This document shows positions 1-13,157 of a DNA stretch of 64,000 bases, one piece after another (the stretch's first letter is position 1; each line of letters starts with the position of its first letter). A program made the translations under genes and the position numbers. Location: contig OZ316892.1 of assembly GCA_973895155.1 (NCBI GenBank), forward strand, positions 22,235,168 to 22,299,167, given 5' to 3'. A model generated the notes under the pieces. The model saw only the letters and a list, made by a program, of their open reading frames with translations. It searched no databases and was not told the DNA's origin. Source of the stretch: Marsupella aquatica. Its lineage: Eukaryota; Plantae; Marchantiophyta.

Positions 1-3000
1 TCCCTTTAGGGCCCTAATGCGCAACTTGCGAAGCCTCGAGCTCAAGTGTCAACAACCGTGGAAAGGGAGCGAGCGAGCAAATCCCTTTAGGGCCCTAATG
101 TGCAACTTGCGAAGCCCACCTCGCTGCTTCACAGAAGGTCCGAGCAGTTAGCACTCCTCTTTGCTGGTCGCTGCTGCACTGATTGCTCACAGGTAGACTT
201 CCCTTTCACCACAGAAAATCCCACCAGAACTTCAATCAGCTAAGGAGCGATGGCGGCAGTAGGCAGCAGTAAGGAGTTCCCCCGAGAGTAAACAAGTTTG
301 CGATCGATGGCAAACTTAGGAGGTCAGTCCTAGGGCAGCTTCCAATTGCCCACAATACAATGCGCGGCCCTCCTCCACCCTAAAATGCAGTCCCGAGTCT
401 AAGCTGAAATCCACAGAGAAAACCCCAAGGGCCAACTAAACGCCCGATGCTGCTTGTGCGGATGTGTGTGCGACTGCGCTGTGCCTCTTTTTGCCTTGAA
501 AACCTCCACATTCGATATGCTCGTCCCAATATTATTCAGGAAAATGGAATCCAATGAGCCAGGAGTGCTTGGGGAGGTTCCTGCCCGTGACAAAGACCAG
601 GGCCGGGGGATTGAGGGGATTACATGTGCTCAACGTGTGGACGGTGGAGATTGCATCCAAATGGGACTATGTACGGGAACAACTCAGACCATCCAGATGA
701 AGGGAGACTAGGGCCTTATTCCCCCAATTAAGGACTTAAGAAGGCGTTGTTAATAGGGGGTGGGGAAAACTTTGCACCACCCAGTACTATTTTCTCACCC
801 CCAAAAGTGCACATATTACTAAGACGCCCTGTAGAGGAATTCAAATTCTGATAAGCCCCCTTCAATTGCAAAGCAATCCATCAGCCGTAAGCAAGAGAAA
901 TCATTATTTATATGTGTGCCTTAGTTAAAGTCGAGGTAGCGGCCTAAATAAAATTGTTTTGGAGGTAATTTAAAGAAGTTAGTAAGCTTAAAAAAATATG
1001 AATTATAAACCGGCCCACTACAATAAATGATAAAAATTGAGAACTTCAGCACATCTGGACTCTAATGGAATATTAATTTTCTTGTCTCATAATCAATCAC
1101 ACACCTGACAGATCGACCACACCAGAACACGAGTCATTATGTATGGCAGACATGACTAGATCGCATTGACATCTCTAATGACTGTTTTGCATGTCATTTA
1201 GGGTTTTTGACGGCTATTGGCACTCTACAAATGACCACAACCTTTAATTGCAACCCTAAACCCCACACCATGTGGGGCGGGTAGCATCCTTATTAGTGGC
1301 CCCTATCACCAGGCAAGATAGCCGATCAGCACCCTGAGGCTCCAAAGAGGCATATTGTCCATGGCATGCATGACTCCCGCATTGACATGAACAATGACTA
1401 GTTTCTAAGTCATTGGCATAAATGACATGTCAACGCACTACACAAATGACAACTGAGAAATTTCAGTCACCTAGGGAAATAACTGAAAATTCTTTGGGAA
1501 TGACCAAACGGGAGGGAATTGGACCCCTCAAATGGACAAATCATTCCAAAGTAGTAAAAGTTGGGAGTGTTTTTCCCGAGGTTTGTTGATGCCCTTGCTT
1601 GGTGTAAAAAGTTGGCTACAAAAACCCTTTAGGAGACAAAGTGGCATGACTAGTGGCCCAGGGTTCATGAGTACCCTATCCCGCACCATGTGGAGTGGAT
1701 ATCATCCCCAATGGCCGGCTACGATCACAAATATTGCCAATCAGCCCCCGATGGCCCGAACGAGTCATATTGTCCACGGCATGCATGATTGCAACATTGA
1801 CATCATGAATGACGGATTTTTGTGTCATTAGCACCAATGACGTCTCCCGGCACTCCATAAATGACAAAAACCCTTAGTCATGTGCACAAATGACTCCAAA
1901 TCCCTTGCAAATGACCAAATGGGGGTTATTTGCATCCCTTTGGGCAAATGAGTCCAAAGTCATACAACTTGGGAGTGTTTTGCCCAAAGTTGGGCCATGC
2001 CCTTCCAAGGTGCAAAATGTGTATTTTAAAAAGCTTTGTGGAGGCCAAGTGGTATAACTAGTGGCCCAGGGTTGTCGAGTACCCTATCCCACACCAGTCA
2101 TCCCTTGGAGGCCCCAAAGAGTCATATTGTCCATGGCATGCATGACTGCAACAGTGACATCATGAATGACCTATTTTTGTGTCATTTACATGAATGACGT
2201 CTCCCAGCACTCCCTAAATGACACAAACCCTTAGTCACGTGCACAAATGACTCTAGATCCCTTGCCAATGACTCACAATAGTGGTTTGCACCCCTTCAAG
2301 CAAATGACTCCAAAGTCATACAACTTGGGAGTGTTTTGCCCAAAGTTGGGTGATGCCCTTCCAAGATGTAAAATGTGTGCTTTAAAAAGTGTTGTGGAGG
2401 CCAAGTAGCATAACTAGTGCCTCAGGGTGTACAAGTACCTCATCCCGCACCATGTGGAGTGGGTAGCATCCCTAATGGCCGGCTACAATCACATATATTG
2501 CGAATAAGCCCCCAAAGGCCCCAAGGAGTCATATTGTCCATGGCATGCTTGACTGCCGCCTTGACATCATCAATGACTCATATTTGTGTCATTTGCTTAA
2601 ATGGCACCCCTCGGCACTCCACAAATGACAAAAACCTTTAGTCAAGCGCACAAATGACTCTATATCCCTTGCAAATGACAAAATGCGAGTGGTTTGCATC
2701 CCTTTGGGCAAATGACTCCAAAGTCATACAACTTGGGAGTGTTTTGCCCAAAGTTGGGCCATGCCCTTCCAAGGTGAAAAAGTTGGGTCATAAAAATTAT
2801 TGCGAGGCCAAATTGAGATAACTAGTGGCCCAGAGTTTAGGTGTACCCTACCCCGCACCATGTGGAGTGGGTAGCATCCCTAATGGTGGGCTACAATCAT
2901 GGATATGGCCAATCTACCCCCGGAGGCCCCAAAGAGTCATATTGTCCATGGCATGTATGACTGCAACAGTGACATCATGAATGACCTATTTTTGTGTCAT

Positions 3001-4521
3001 TTGCATGAATGACGTCTCCCAGCACTCCCTAAATGACACAAACCCTTAGTCACATGCACAAATGACTCTAGATCCCTTGCCAATGACTCACAATAGTGGT
3101 TTGCACCCCTTTGGGCAAATGACTCCAAAGTCATACAACTTGGGAGTGTTTTGCCCAAAGTTGGGTGATGCCCTTCCTTGATGCAAAATGTGTATTTTAA
3201 AAAGTGTTGTGGAGGCCAAATGGCATAACGAGTGGCCCAGGGTTGTCAAGTACCCTATCCCGCACCATGTGGAGTGGGTATCATCCTTAATGGCCGGCCC
3301 CTACCACCAATGGGGTCAATCAGCCACCAAAGGCTCTTAAGAGTCATATTCTGCATGGCATACATGACCACAACATTGACATCCCAAATGACATTTGCAT
3401 AAATGACATCTAGCGGCACTTGTCAAATGACTAGAAAGTTGAGTGAGAGCAAAAATGATTAGGAATCCTTTGCAAATAACATGAATAATATATTGAAAAA
3501 AATGACATGAGCAAATATAGGCATGTAGTACCTAAATTCTAAACCTTAAACCCTAGACCTATGCCCGAGAGTGTTATTTGGCAACCTTGCATGCCCCCAT
3601 ATATACTCCAACATGTGAAATGTGAATACAGCTTAAGGAATGTAAACACTTCAGGAGTCCTTGGCATATATACCTAGGAAAGATGTAATAAATGGGTGCA
3701 AGTATATATAAATGTACATACTTATTAGAGATTATCAAGCCTTTAAGTTTTACATCAATTTAATGATGAGACTCACAACAAAAGATGGCTTGTTAGGTCT
3801 CTAAATGTATTTCAAATCTAATATGTGAGTGCCACTAGTCTTTATATATACTACCATACATTTTGGATGACTAATCATACCCTAAACCCTAAAACATATA
3901 CTAAACCATAAACTTAAAAATAGTCATATGTGTTAGACGATGGCTATAATTCATACACCAATAACACAAGGATAATCTTTTCATGAGCCAATGTGGCTTA
4001 TAAGGTGTTACACATTGGATGGTTATAACTACCTTCTCCTAGTCTCATGACTCTCTATATCTAGTCCCTATATACCCCTTTGTATCACTCTATGAGTTAG
4101 GGTTAAGTGTATTCTAATAATATGTTGTTTATCATGTCATTTATCACTTTTGGTTTAAATGACTACTAACATTTTAAAACACTGATATTTGCATATTTGA
4201 TTTATTAGTCATTAGTCACCGTTGTCTGAAATGACTTCCCATATGTGAAACACTGATATGACAGAGTTTTTGTTAATTGTGTCATTCACAAAGACTGTCC
4301 AAAATGACTACAAGTTCTCATGATTGTTGTCATTATAGCAGTCAAAGTCATTTGGCTCATTGGTTTAAATGACACTATTGCAAGTATTAGTCATTTTTTG
4401 CACCCCGTCATTTTGGACAGTCATTTCAATGTCATTAATGTTATGTCATTTACATATTTTGTCATTTGAGCACATAAGTCATATGTGTCATAGTCATAAA
4501 AGGCCCCATTTTCTACTAGTG
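1..4521. mobile_element. Right end of a CACTA (En/Spm) DNA transposon; left end lies outside the window
   Basis: Ends in ...GGCCCCATTTTCTACTAGTG at 4521 (reverse complement CACTAGTAGAAAA...). It is preceded by dense ATGAC/GTCAT subterminal repeats (4130-4500). The same motif fills the tandem array upstream. Confidence 0.7.
1170..3480 (+). repeat. Tandem array, ~407-bp unit, about 6 copies (one copy ~50 bp shorter)
   Basis: CATATTGTCCATGGCATG-like anchors recur near 1350, 1762, 2119, 2527, 2934 and 3341. TTGGGAGTGTTT recurs near 1561, 1969, 2326, 2733 and 3140. Confidence 0.9.
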
Positions 4522-6087
4522 CTGGAGGAGGCCGACATCGGAGCGGATAACGAGATACCAGTGGATTCCATATCCTCGCACGCTGCTCATGTTCTCTTGG
4601 AAGAATCGTAGACCTGCAATTCTAATTGAAGTTTCTGTTGGGTATTATCAATCTCTCGTCTCTTCTTCTCCATAGCATCCATTTGTAAGGGAGTTCCATT
4701 GTTCCGAATGTCGATTGCGAAATAGTAACCAAGTATCTGAGCCTCATGACTCTCAACGAGTCTCCTCCAAAGCAAGCGACATTCAGAACAACATTTTGAA
4801 ATGAATGCACAAGGGATAAGTACGGGTCCGCAAGGTCACTCATCAAAATTCCATATGATGTCTCGCTGATAGTGACAAAATCTAGGCAAGAGCTTGGCAA
4901 GGCTCGCTGAAGGAATTCTCAATAAAATTCAGCGGCCCCTCTGAGTATGAATTGTGTGCTCGGGGGTCTCACTATATGAGGACCTCCCCATCGCCTGCGA
5001 CGTTTTTAGGCCTCGGACCCCCTAAAATGTAAGAATTTTTTAAATTTTTTAACCCCTATAAAGTTGGAATATTCTTGGAATATTCTAAAAATTGGATTAA
5101 AAAGACCCTAATGTTCTTATAAGTCTCAAAATTGAATTTAAAAGACCCTATTGTTCTTCTACAAAAATTCTTAAGTCTTCCCTTAGAACCAATAAAATGA
5201 CCCTATCCTTTGTCGCACGTGATATGCCATTTTTGTGAAATAAAACCCCCGAGATTGTGTGCCTAAACATCTCCTGTCCAACGGACGGATGACAGTAGAG
5301 TAGACACCTCACTTAGAGTCAAAAAGGGCTGATGAATTAAATCATTCCGATCCAAGTCGCAGCCACAAAGTTTCCAAAAGCACCAGTAGAGATGTTTGCA
5401 TGGGTAGTAGGGTCCCGAAGAGGACTCCCGCGTTGTGAAATCGATACAAGAACAAGAGGGGAAGACACAAATCTGAATAAGATGGATCCCTTGTGTCCGC
5501 TGACTCTGTCAAGTCGAGACTTTTGCGCAGAGTCCTGTGGCATTCCCATCTTGAACCCAAAGTATTGAATCGTAGGACATCACTTCTTTCTTTGCTGAAT
5601 TCATCCTTTTTTGACCATCAGTCGAGGGACTCTCTTCGACGCCGAGTGTGCCCATTCTTGGTTTTTAGTCTCTCATCTGGATACGAGTGATGAATGTGTT
5701 TGGGATAACTATCAAGGTTAATCACAATGTGTGACGCCGCCGGTACGGCGGTTAATGAGTGATTCAGTCTAACTGCGCTCGGCACGCGCGTTAGGTGGGT
5801 CTTAGGCCGCTATTATTAGCATAATGACAGTATTTAGGTAATCATTAGGAGTAGGACATCATTAGGCAATAAAGGGGACTTCAGGTTCGGGCTGGCGGCG
5901 GGTCACTATTCGCACACCCGGGTTACGAGCGTGGAGGGGCCCCTCCCTCGGGTCCGTATAACGAACTTAAGGAAGCGGCCACTGACGCACGCTGACTCAG
6001 ACCGGCGGAGTGGCCGGTACACCACAAGCATGAGCGGTTCAACCTATGGGCGTCGAGGAGACGTCGGGGATCGACAAGCCCTCAAAG

Positions 6088-6094
6088 TATAAAA
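6088..6094 (+). promoter_or_regulatory. TATA box upstream of the LTR-internal ORF
   Basis: TATAAAA ~100 nt before the ATG at 6196, followed by a pyrimidine-rich leader. Conserved in copy A2. Confidence 0.6.
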
Positions 6095-6195
6095 GGGGAG
6101 CCAACCCTTTGTAGTGCACCAGTCCATCAGTCCGCGCGCCAGCTTCAACCCCAGCTCTCTCGTTCTCTCTAGGTCGCCACTACTATCTCCTCTGA

Positions 6196-8838
6196 ATGTC
6201 GCACACGATCCTCTCCAGCTCGGCCATTCGATTCTGGACGCAGTTCCTATCTACCGGAAGGCACTTGGCCGATTCATTGAAACACGCCAACCTGCGCCGA
6301 TACGAGATCGAACACAAATACGAGAGAGCCATCCGCCTAGCAGGACGACACCACTACGTCCTTAACTTTGACTACCCGTCTCAGAGCGAGCTTTACCGAC
6401 CAGCAGAGGTATCTGGGTACTTCTTCAACGGAGACAAATATATCGGGTTCTGGGAAGCATTGCTTTGGCTTCCGGACGAGGTCTTCAATATCCCGGGTAC
6501 AATCGACCTGCAGCGACATCACTTCGACCACATCCCTGCCCAGGTTCGGGTGGTCATTAACGGCGAGTCCAGTACCAACCGTTCGACAAGGGCGTCCGCA
6601 CTCGCTTCGGAGAACTTCTACCAGCACCTACAGAGCTTCATGGGAACTCGGCCATCAACCAACATGACCAACTCAGCCGGACCCGTACCCGTACCCGTAC
6701 CCGTGCCCATGCAACCTCAGCTTCAGCTTCAGCCTCAGCCGCAGCCTAGCCAAACCCCACCACCTATCACCCAGCCAGCACAGCTACGCTCCGTCATCAA
6801 CGCTGTGGATCTTAGCGATGACGACGAGGCTACCCCACCCTTGACCAGGCGGCCCAGAGGAACAAGCGCTCGGGGGGCCGACACTATATCGTCCCCACCC
6901 CCTGCTCTGACCCCAGGAGCGGCCCCAGCAGACAACTTGGTGACCGTGGCCGCCCCGGGCCCGTTACCAACCGCAGTGGCACTCCCCAGGCCCGATCGGG
7001 AGGATGGGGAAGTATCACCTTCCCCGAGTCAGTCACGGGGAAAGAAGAGGAAGGAATCCGCCAGTGCATCCGGGTTACCGTTGGCCACGGTAGCCGTAGC
7101 CAAGGTAACGATGCATCGCATGGGGCAAAACGTTCACAGCAACATCCTCCATCCCAAGCATGCGGTGTACCTGAAGACTCAGGGATTTGAGCACCTCGCC
7201 TCTCTCCCCTGGAACACTTGCAGGTACTACGGGGAGGACATGACAGAATTCGTCAAGAATTATGACGACGTACGTCAACAGACTCGGCTGCGGGGAAGGA
7301 ATATGTCCCTCACAGAAGAACAGCTCAAGATGATCTTCGGGTTACCCGAAGGTGACCATCGAGTCGAATCACGGGCTCCCGGGGGCAAGGGGGCCAAGTA
7401 CCAATCTTCAAGTTTTCCCTCAGAGGGATCAGTAGACAACGGGTTCGTGATGAGGACCTGCCTCATGCCCGAGATAGCTGAGCGGCTAGAGTTCCAGAGG
7501 TACGCTCTCCACATGATGGAACCCCGGGGGGAGATCTCCGCCGCCCAGGTCATCCAGGTCGAGAACTATCGACCTAGGAAATGGGCGTCGTACTTCGCTA
7601 AGAAATTCCATGAAGAGATGGAGCGGCGAAGGAAGACGCTGTACATTGGTGGGAAGGCGTATTTCGCTAGCCACATCAAAATCATTCTTGAGTGGTACGC
7701 CCGGTTTGATCGACGAACCCTTCCCCGCATCAACGTTACAAAGCTGGTCCCAGCTAGGTGGGTTTTTCCGGCATTGGAGAGACGGCCCCAACCCGAGGCC
7801 CGAAGTCCAGTGGACACGCCAGCTTCACCCACCCCACCTCCACAAATAGCTGTAATCGTAACCAAGGAGGCGTTGGAGGGGTCGGTCGTCGCAACCGTTG
7901 ATGCGACCCAACTAGCCGGGCTAAGTACAGAAGTTGGTATGGCAGAGGTCTTACCCGAACCCGGGTCTCCCAAGGACCCGCCGGTGGCAATTCCGGAGAA
8001 CCGGACATCGCTGCAGGAGGATACTCCGGCCCCTTCCAACGTTATGTCCCCAGGGCTGGACGTCACTGCCCCGGCCCCTGCGCGTGTTGATGTCTGCCCG
8101 TGCCCAAATCCGGACAGGCACAACTTGGACCACCCGGAACTCTTCGTATAGGGTACATTTCTGAACGGGCTTCTGGGAGATTTCTCTCATCAAATTGCCC
8201 GGGATACCGGGGAGTTCATGGCCCGGAAGGTAGCCTGTTTCTTCAATCAGGAGTTGGTTGCCGCCGTAAAGGCAGGTCGGGCCCAGTCGGAGGCCCTTCA
8301 GAGGATAGAGCGGTACCGGGTGGAGTCCGTGTACCTAAAGAACGAAGTGGCGGCTCAAGAGGCTGAGCTTCTGCAACTACGACCCAAGGTTGCAGCCGCC
8401 GATGAGTTGTTAGCAAAGGCGTACGCTCTTACCGCCCTAGCCGAACAGGCCAAAGCTGGGAACGAGGCCGAGATTACACGACTCCGGAACCAGATTGACA
8501 GTTTGAAGAAACAAGCTGTCACCTGGCAGAAAGACCTGGAGGAGGCCGAGGAGCGAGCCCAGCGGGACGCGACGGAGATAGCCACGCTGCAGGCCGAGAT
8601 GGCGCGGCTCCAAACCGAGGCCGAGAAGCAGGACCAGCTGGCGAGTAAACTGACGAGCGACGCCCAGCAGCTGGAGGAGGCATGTCAGGAGGCAGCAGAG
8701 GAGACGGACGCGGCGAGGCGAGAGAACGAATCTCTGCTGGACCAGGTCCAACTCCTCAAAGCGGACAATGACAGGCTTCGAAGGCAGCGGGATGGCCGTT
8801 CCCATTCGGGCGGCTCTGGCAAGCGTGCCAGGCATTAG
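6196..8838 (+). pseudogene. LTR-internal gene: N-terminal domain, plant-transposon-protein-like domain and C-terminal coiled coil; one premature stop
   Basis: ORFs 6196-8151 and 8218-8838 are in one frame, separated by TAG at 8149-8151. Copy A2 has CAG (Q) there and gives a 903-aa ORF. Confidence 0.85.
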
Positions 8839-9741
8839 CGGCGGAGTAGGAATAGATTAGGATTAGGATTGGCTTAGTCAGGCTCTTGGGACAGGCACCT
8901 GCCTTAGGTACGGCAGCGCTGCCCTGCTGTCCAGCCTGCGTAGATTAGGATCTTCTAATAAGACACAGCCGTTTTCCGGCCTGACTGTCAGCTTAGTTAG
9001 GACCTTGGTTAGCGAATCTTCGGCGGGAGGACACCCCGTTCCTCGGCTCTTAGTATTTAGTGCACCCCTCGGTAGAGGCAGGGGGGGTTTTTAGTTTCAG
9101 AGTCGGACATCCGTGGGACATGTGGGGAGTCCCGACCTCTGGGAATGACAGAGTACCAAGGGGAGGGGGTAGGACTAAGCTCGCCGGGCGAGTGCGGAGC
9201 CGGGCTCCGTTGTAGTGTGCACCCTTGGCCTTGAACCTGTGCATTCCAGGGCTGTCGTGTCAACTAAGTGTACGCATATGTTCCCTTTGTAGTAAAATCC
9301 TTTCCCATCATTTTTCCTTCGTGTAAATCGAGATGGTATGCATGTGTGCGCATATGTGTGTGGGTTTCTCGTATATGGGTGGCAGCGCCGGGCCGAACGC
9401 ACTACCCGAGACGTGCACAGGGTGCAGCCTGCGGGTAAGTGGTTGCGAGCACGGGTTGAGGACCTGTATCATCGAATCCGGATCGAAGGCGGACAGCACG
9501 AAGGCTTGGAAGCCCTTAAGCCGGGGTCGATCCTGCTATCGACTAAGGTACGTTCCGGCGGCGGAACACAAACCATACCTAGGAGGTGTCCGTATTTAGC
9601 AGTATGCGCACTTAGCGCTAGTTTACGAGAATAAGGTGCATTACGTGCTTCCCTTCCTACCCGAACCCTCAGATTTACGAGGGATGTGCCCATCTAAGCT
9701 GAAGTCTGAGTTAAGGCCGAAGCCTACGACGTGACACAATG

Positions 9742-12095
9742 TCACCGGGAGTGATTGGAAAGTTCAAGATTTGATCGAATGGTTGCTAATGAGCATTTTG
9801 TGCTAAAGGTAGAACGTACTCAAACCCCATTATGTTGTAGGAAATCAATCTCCTCTTTTGCTAGGGATGTTCCGCGAATGACTGGGAGGACCTTTGGGAG
9901 TGGGGGGAGGCTTTCTGTGGCATTTGGCTGTCCAGACTTTTGGCAACATTTGTTGTTCGGACAAAACCAATACGGAAATGGGCAGGTGGGGAATTTGCTT
10001 GTACCTGTGAAGCAATGCGCAACAACCCCACGTCCAGGTTGAGGAAGTCCCACTCATCAAATGAAAGTACCGCACACACTTTGTTCCTTAGTTACCTCTA
10101 TAATTATGCACCGCGACATCCAAGACTTGAACCAGTTGTCGAAGTGCAACGGATATGCCAGGTACGCGGTTGGACATCCACCTCAATTACCATAGGAGCG
10201 GACTAAGGTAGCTTGGAAGGATGTGACATACAAGATTAATGTTTACCCTAAACGGCACTCCATTCACGTCTCTCCATTCTTGGTACTACTATTTTCAAAC
10301 GTTCTCATTAACACCATCTATACCAAGCCTCAAACGACTTACTACTCATACGTCCTGGACAGACTCATCATTAACAACATCAAAAACTATGTAATATGAT
10401 CTTAACGTTGTTTTAGACAATGTTATATGGTGATTTTCCTGTTCAATCTACGTCCAGCATAACAACTCTATTTACGACGTTAATATGTAACGTAGTACAT
10501 TGGGACGTATGTAACGACATAGAGGACAATGTAAACTATAACCTTTGTTACTTTGTTGAATAGTTGTGTCGGAATTCCCATTGAGGATATGTTACACTTG
10601 TCCCAAGTTGTTGATGGGTACGATAAGCTAGTGAATGGAATGTTGTCTCACACATTCGTGAAAGGTGCTTATGCCGAACGCATCTTGAATCGGAAAGTTA
10701 ACTGGGCCGGATATGCCGCCGGTAAACTCAAGGGCCAGATTTTGCAGTGGGTAAGGGAGGGAAAAGGTAAGCCGAATGGGCCTCCTTGTGTGAGAAAAAT
10801 GTGTATGTAAGATCCTCCAACCCCAAAGACTTTGATGAGGAGACTAAGCTTGTCGTTTCTAGAGGCAAAGTGAGGTCTCAACCCGCAAAAATCAACTTCT
10901 CTATGGGTGTAGCAGTAGGAGGCGTTGGGGAGCTTGAATTACCTATTGCAAACACATCCTTGTTTGCTAGTAAAACCAAGGTTTCCATTCCCAACAAGCA
11001 ATCGTAGTCAATATTACTATCAATAATTGTGTCAACCGAGTGCCAAAGGCGAGAGACTTTTAACAAAATCAAGAAGGTTGAAGCCACAATGGAGGCGATA
11101 CGTGCAGCTGAACAGGATCAAGAAGCACCAAGGGCAAAACTTGCAGGAGATTGCAAAGCTAAGGAGAAGGAGGTTGTTGGACTTGATTGGGAGATTGAGT
11201 CAACAAAGAAAGTTATTGAAGAGCTCATGACTGACATTGAGCTGGAGCAGAATAGGGAAGACGAGATTGGTGAGGTATATACTCAAAAATACCTTACTCA
11301 GCTAAATTTCAGTGCAAAAAGTAGTGTTGATTGCATATTGACTTGTAAGCATCTTGGTGTAATTAAGCGATGAGTGATCTAGCTATTAGTCTTGCAATTC
11401 TACCACTTGGTTTTCTTACAATGGAACTGTTGTGTACATGAAAACAGGAGGCGGTTCAATATGCAGAAATCTTGGAAACCCAACTGAGCACTGAAAACGC
11501 CAAGACAGTGGACTTGAAGGAGCAACGGGAAAGAATCCTGAAGGACATAGCCGTAGTCAAGGAGCTCATTGTAGCCAACAAGAAGCGATTTGCAGCAGTT
11601 CCTGGGATGGTGGTCCCCTTGAAATCAATTGCTGAAGCAGTCCATCTACAATTGAAGTTACTTGAGGAGATCGAGGAAGCTCAAAAGTCAAAGTATTCCA
11701 CTTTGGCTGTTGTATTACTCACTCTGTGACCAAGGTTGACACCAACCTTTGTTCCAACAGCAGCCAGTTCAATGGCAACACAATTTACATTCTCAAGTTG
11801 TCCAGTTTGTTGTAATGGCTATCATTGCTATAATTGGGTCCCAACATCGTGTGGGCACACCTATCATCAGAGCTGTCTTTTCCCGCTGATTGGCACTTCA
11901 ATGAATAGTCCAAAGTGCTTAGCTTGCAATGCACTCTTCTCAAATGAGGGGCTATAGAGTTGGGGCTTACCCACTCATGGAGATGAGATCCGAGTTTCTC
12001 ACATTGAAGACTTAAAGATGTTGTACGGGAAACACAATATGCAACTTTTAAAACGGAGACAACTAGGCAAGCATATTCAATGTGGGCAAGGAAGG
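9742..12095 (+). pseudogene. Intron-containing gene: plant-transposon-protein-like domain, coiled coil and RING-H2 finger (disrupted)
   Basis: RING-H2 pattern CPVC..CGHTYHQSC..CLAC in 11736-11957; coiled-coil ORFs 11029-11373 and 11472-11729; KVNWAGY motif in 10553-10810; GT-AG introns (e.g. ~10162-10563); several stops and frameshifts. Confidence 0.7.
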
Positions 12096-13157
12096 GTAAC
12101 ACTAGTACATTTTAGGGCCATTTACCGATATTTACACCATCGGACGCCTTCGGGAAAATGCGACACCATTTTTGAGGTTTCCGATTCTAACTGCATTGCT
12201 CCATCCGATACTCCCATAATCGAATATGGACCATCAATCGGACCTGTTTCGGACCACCCAATACCAATACTATCGGACATTGCATATCTCCTGCAATCGG
12301 ATACATTAGGTGTTCGATGTCACAAGAGCTGGAAGAAGCCTCTCCTTGCACTAGGTGAAGATTTGTCGTCCGACAGTTGTCTGTATGAATTTGCAAGGGA
12401 TATTGCGTTAAAATTCCCATCGGACATTGAGATGGTGGAATAAACGGATGTTCTGATAGTTTTGGTATGGGAATTTGACATATAATTGGTATCGGAACAT
12501 ACAAAACGGAGGGATTTGGAAGCAATGGAGGGGTGCGATAGGAGAAGTATCGGAAGATTACTCGGGAAAGACCTAGCTTCATTGCAACATTTGGTTTCTT
12601 GTGGGGATTTTTTCTGTTGGGGTTGAGGGTGGTTCTTGGGGGAATTTATGCAATACAACATAGAGGGATTTGTTGAAGATGTTGAAGAGGTTATTTGAAA
12701 GACAATGCCAACAGAAGTAATTAACACAAGAAGGATATATGGCCACAAAGGGTACTCAAACTCCAAAAGGGAAACATACCCCAAAATGTACAAGAGTGAT
12801 AGCTATTGGAAAAGGGTGAATGGGTTACCTCGCTCATCAGCTCTAGAACTCTACAAGTGGACATGATGTGTGGGTCACTCACGTTCTGGGCCCATCGCTT
12901 CAGTCTCCCCTTTTTGTTGTTTATTGTGACTCTGGCCTTTGCTTTTGCATGCTGGCCTCCTTGTGGGAGTTGTGCTGATATATCTAGGGGGCTGCTTGCT
13001 TCCCCCCGGCCATGGGGTTTTTGCGGTCTCACCCTTTTATTATAAAAATTATTTTCCCGGGAAGTACTGGGATCACAAAAGTAAGCACATCCAACTCCTA
13101 ATCTCGTCTAAGTCTAAGGCTACGTAGTATGTCTCTATCTATCTAAGCTAGTCTAAG

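Larger units (their letters stand above)
5730..9736 (+). mobile_element. 4,007-bp gene-containing solo LTR (family A, copy A1)
   Basis: Ends are TGTGACG...CGTGACA. There is a 5-bp TSD CAATG at 5725-5729 and 9737-9741. No PBS, PPT or gag-pol. A near-identical inverted copy lies at 23824-27860. Confidence 0.9.

Noticed and set aside
1-120. 35-bp direct repeat with 81-bp period at the window start
   Set aside because: Cut by the window edge; two copies are too few to interpret.
1250-4105. AAACCCTA/TTAGGGTT telomere-like words
   Set aside because: Isolated single units, not an interstitial telomeric array.
4522-5729. Short ORFs between the CACTA end and solo LTR A1
   Set aside because: Stop-riddled with no recognisable domain; 5290-5729 may be the first exon of the RING gene, but this cannot be supported.
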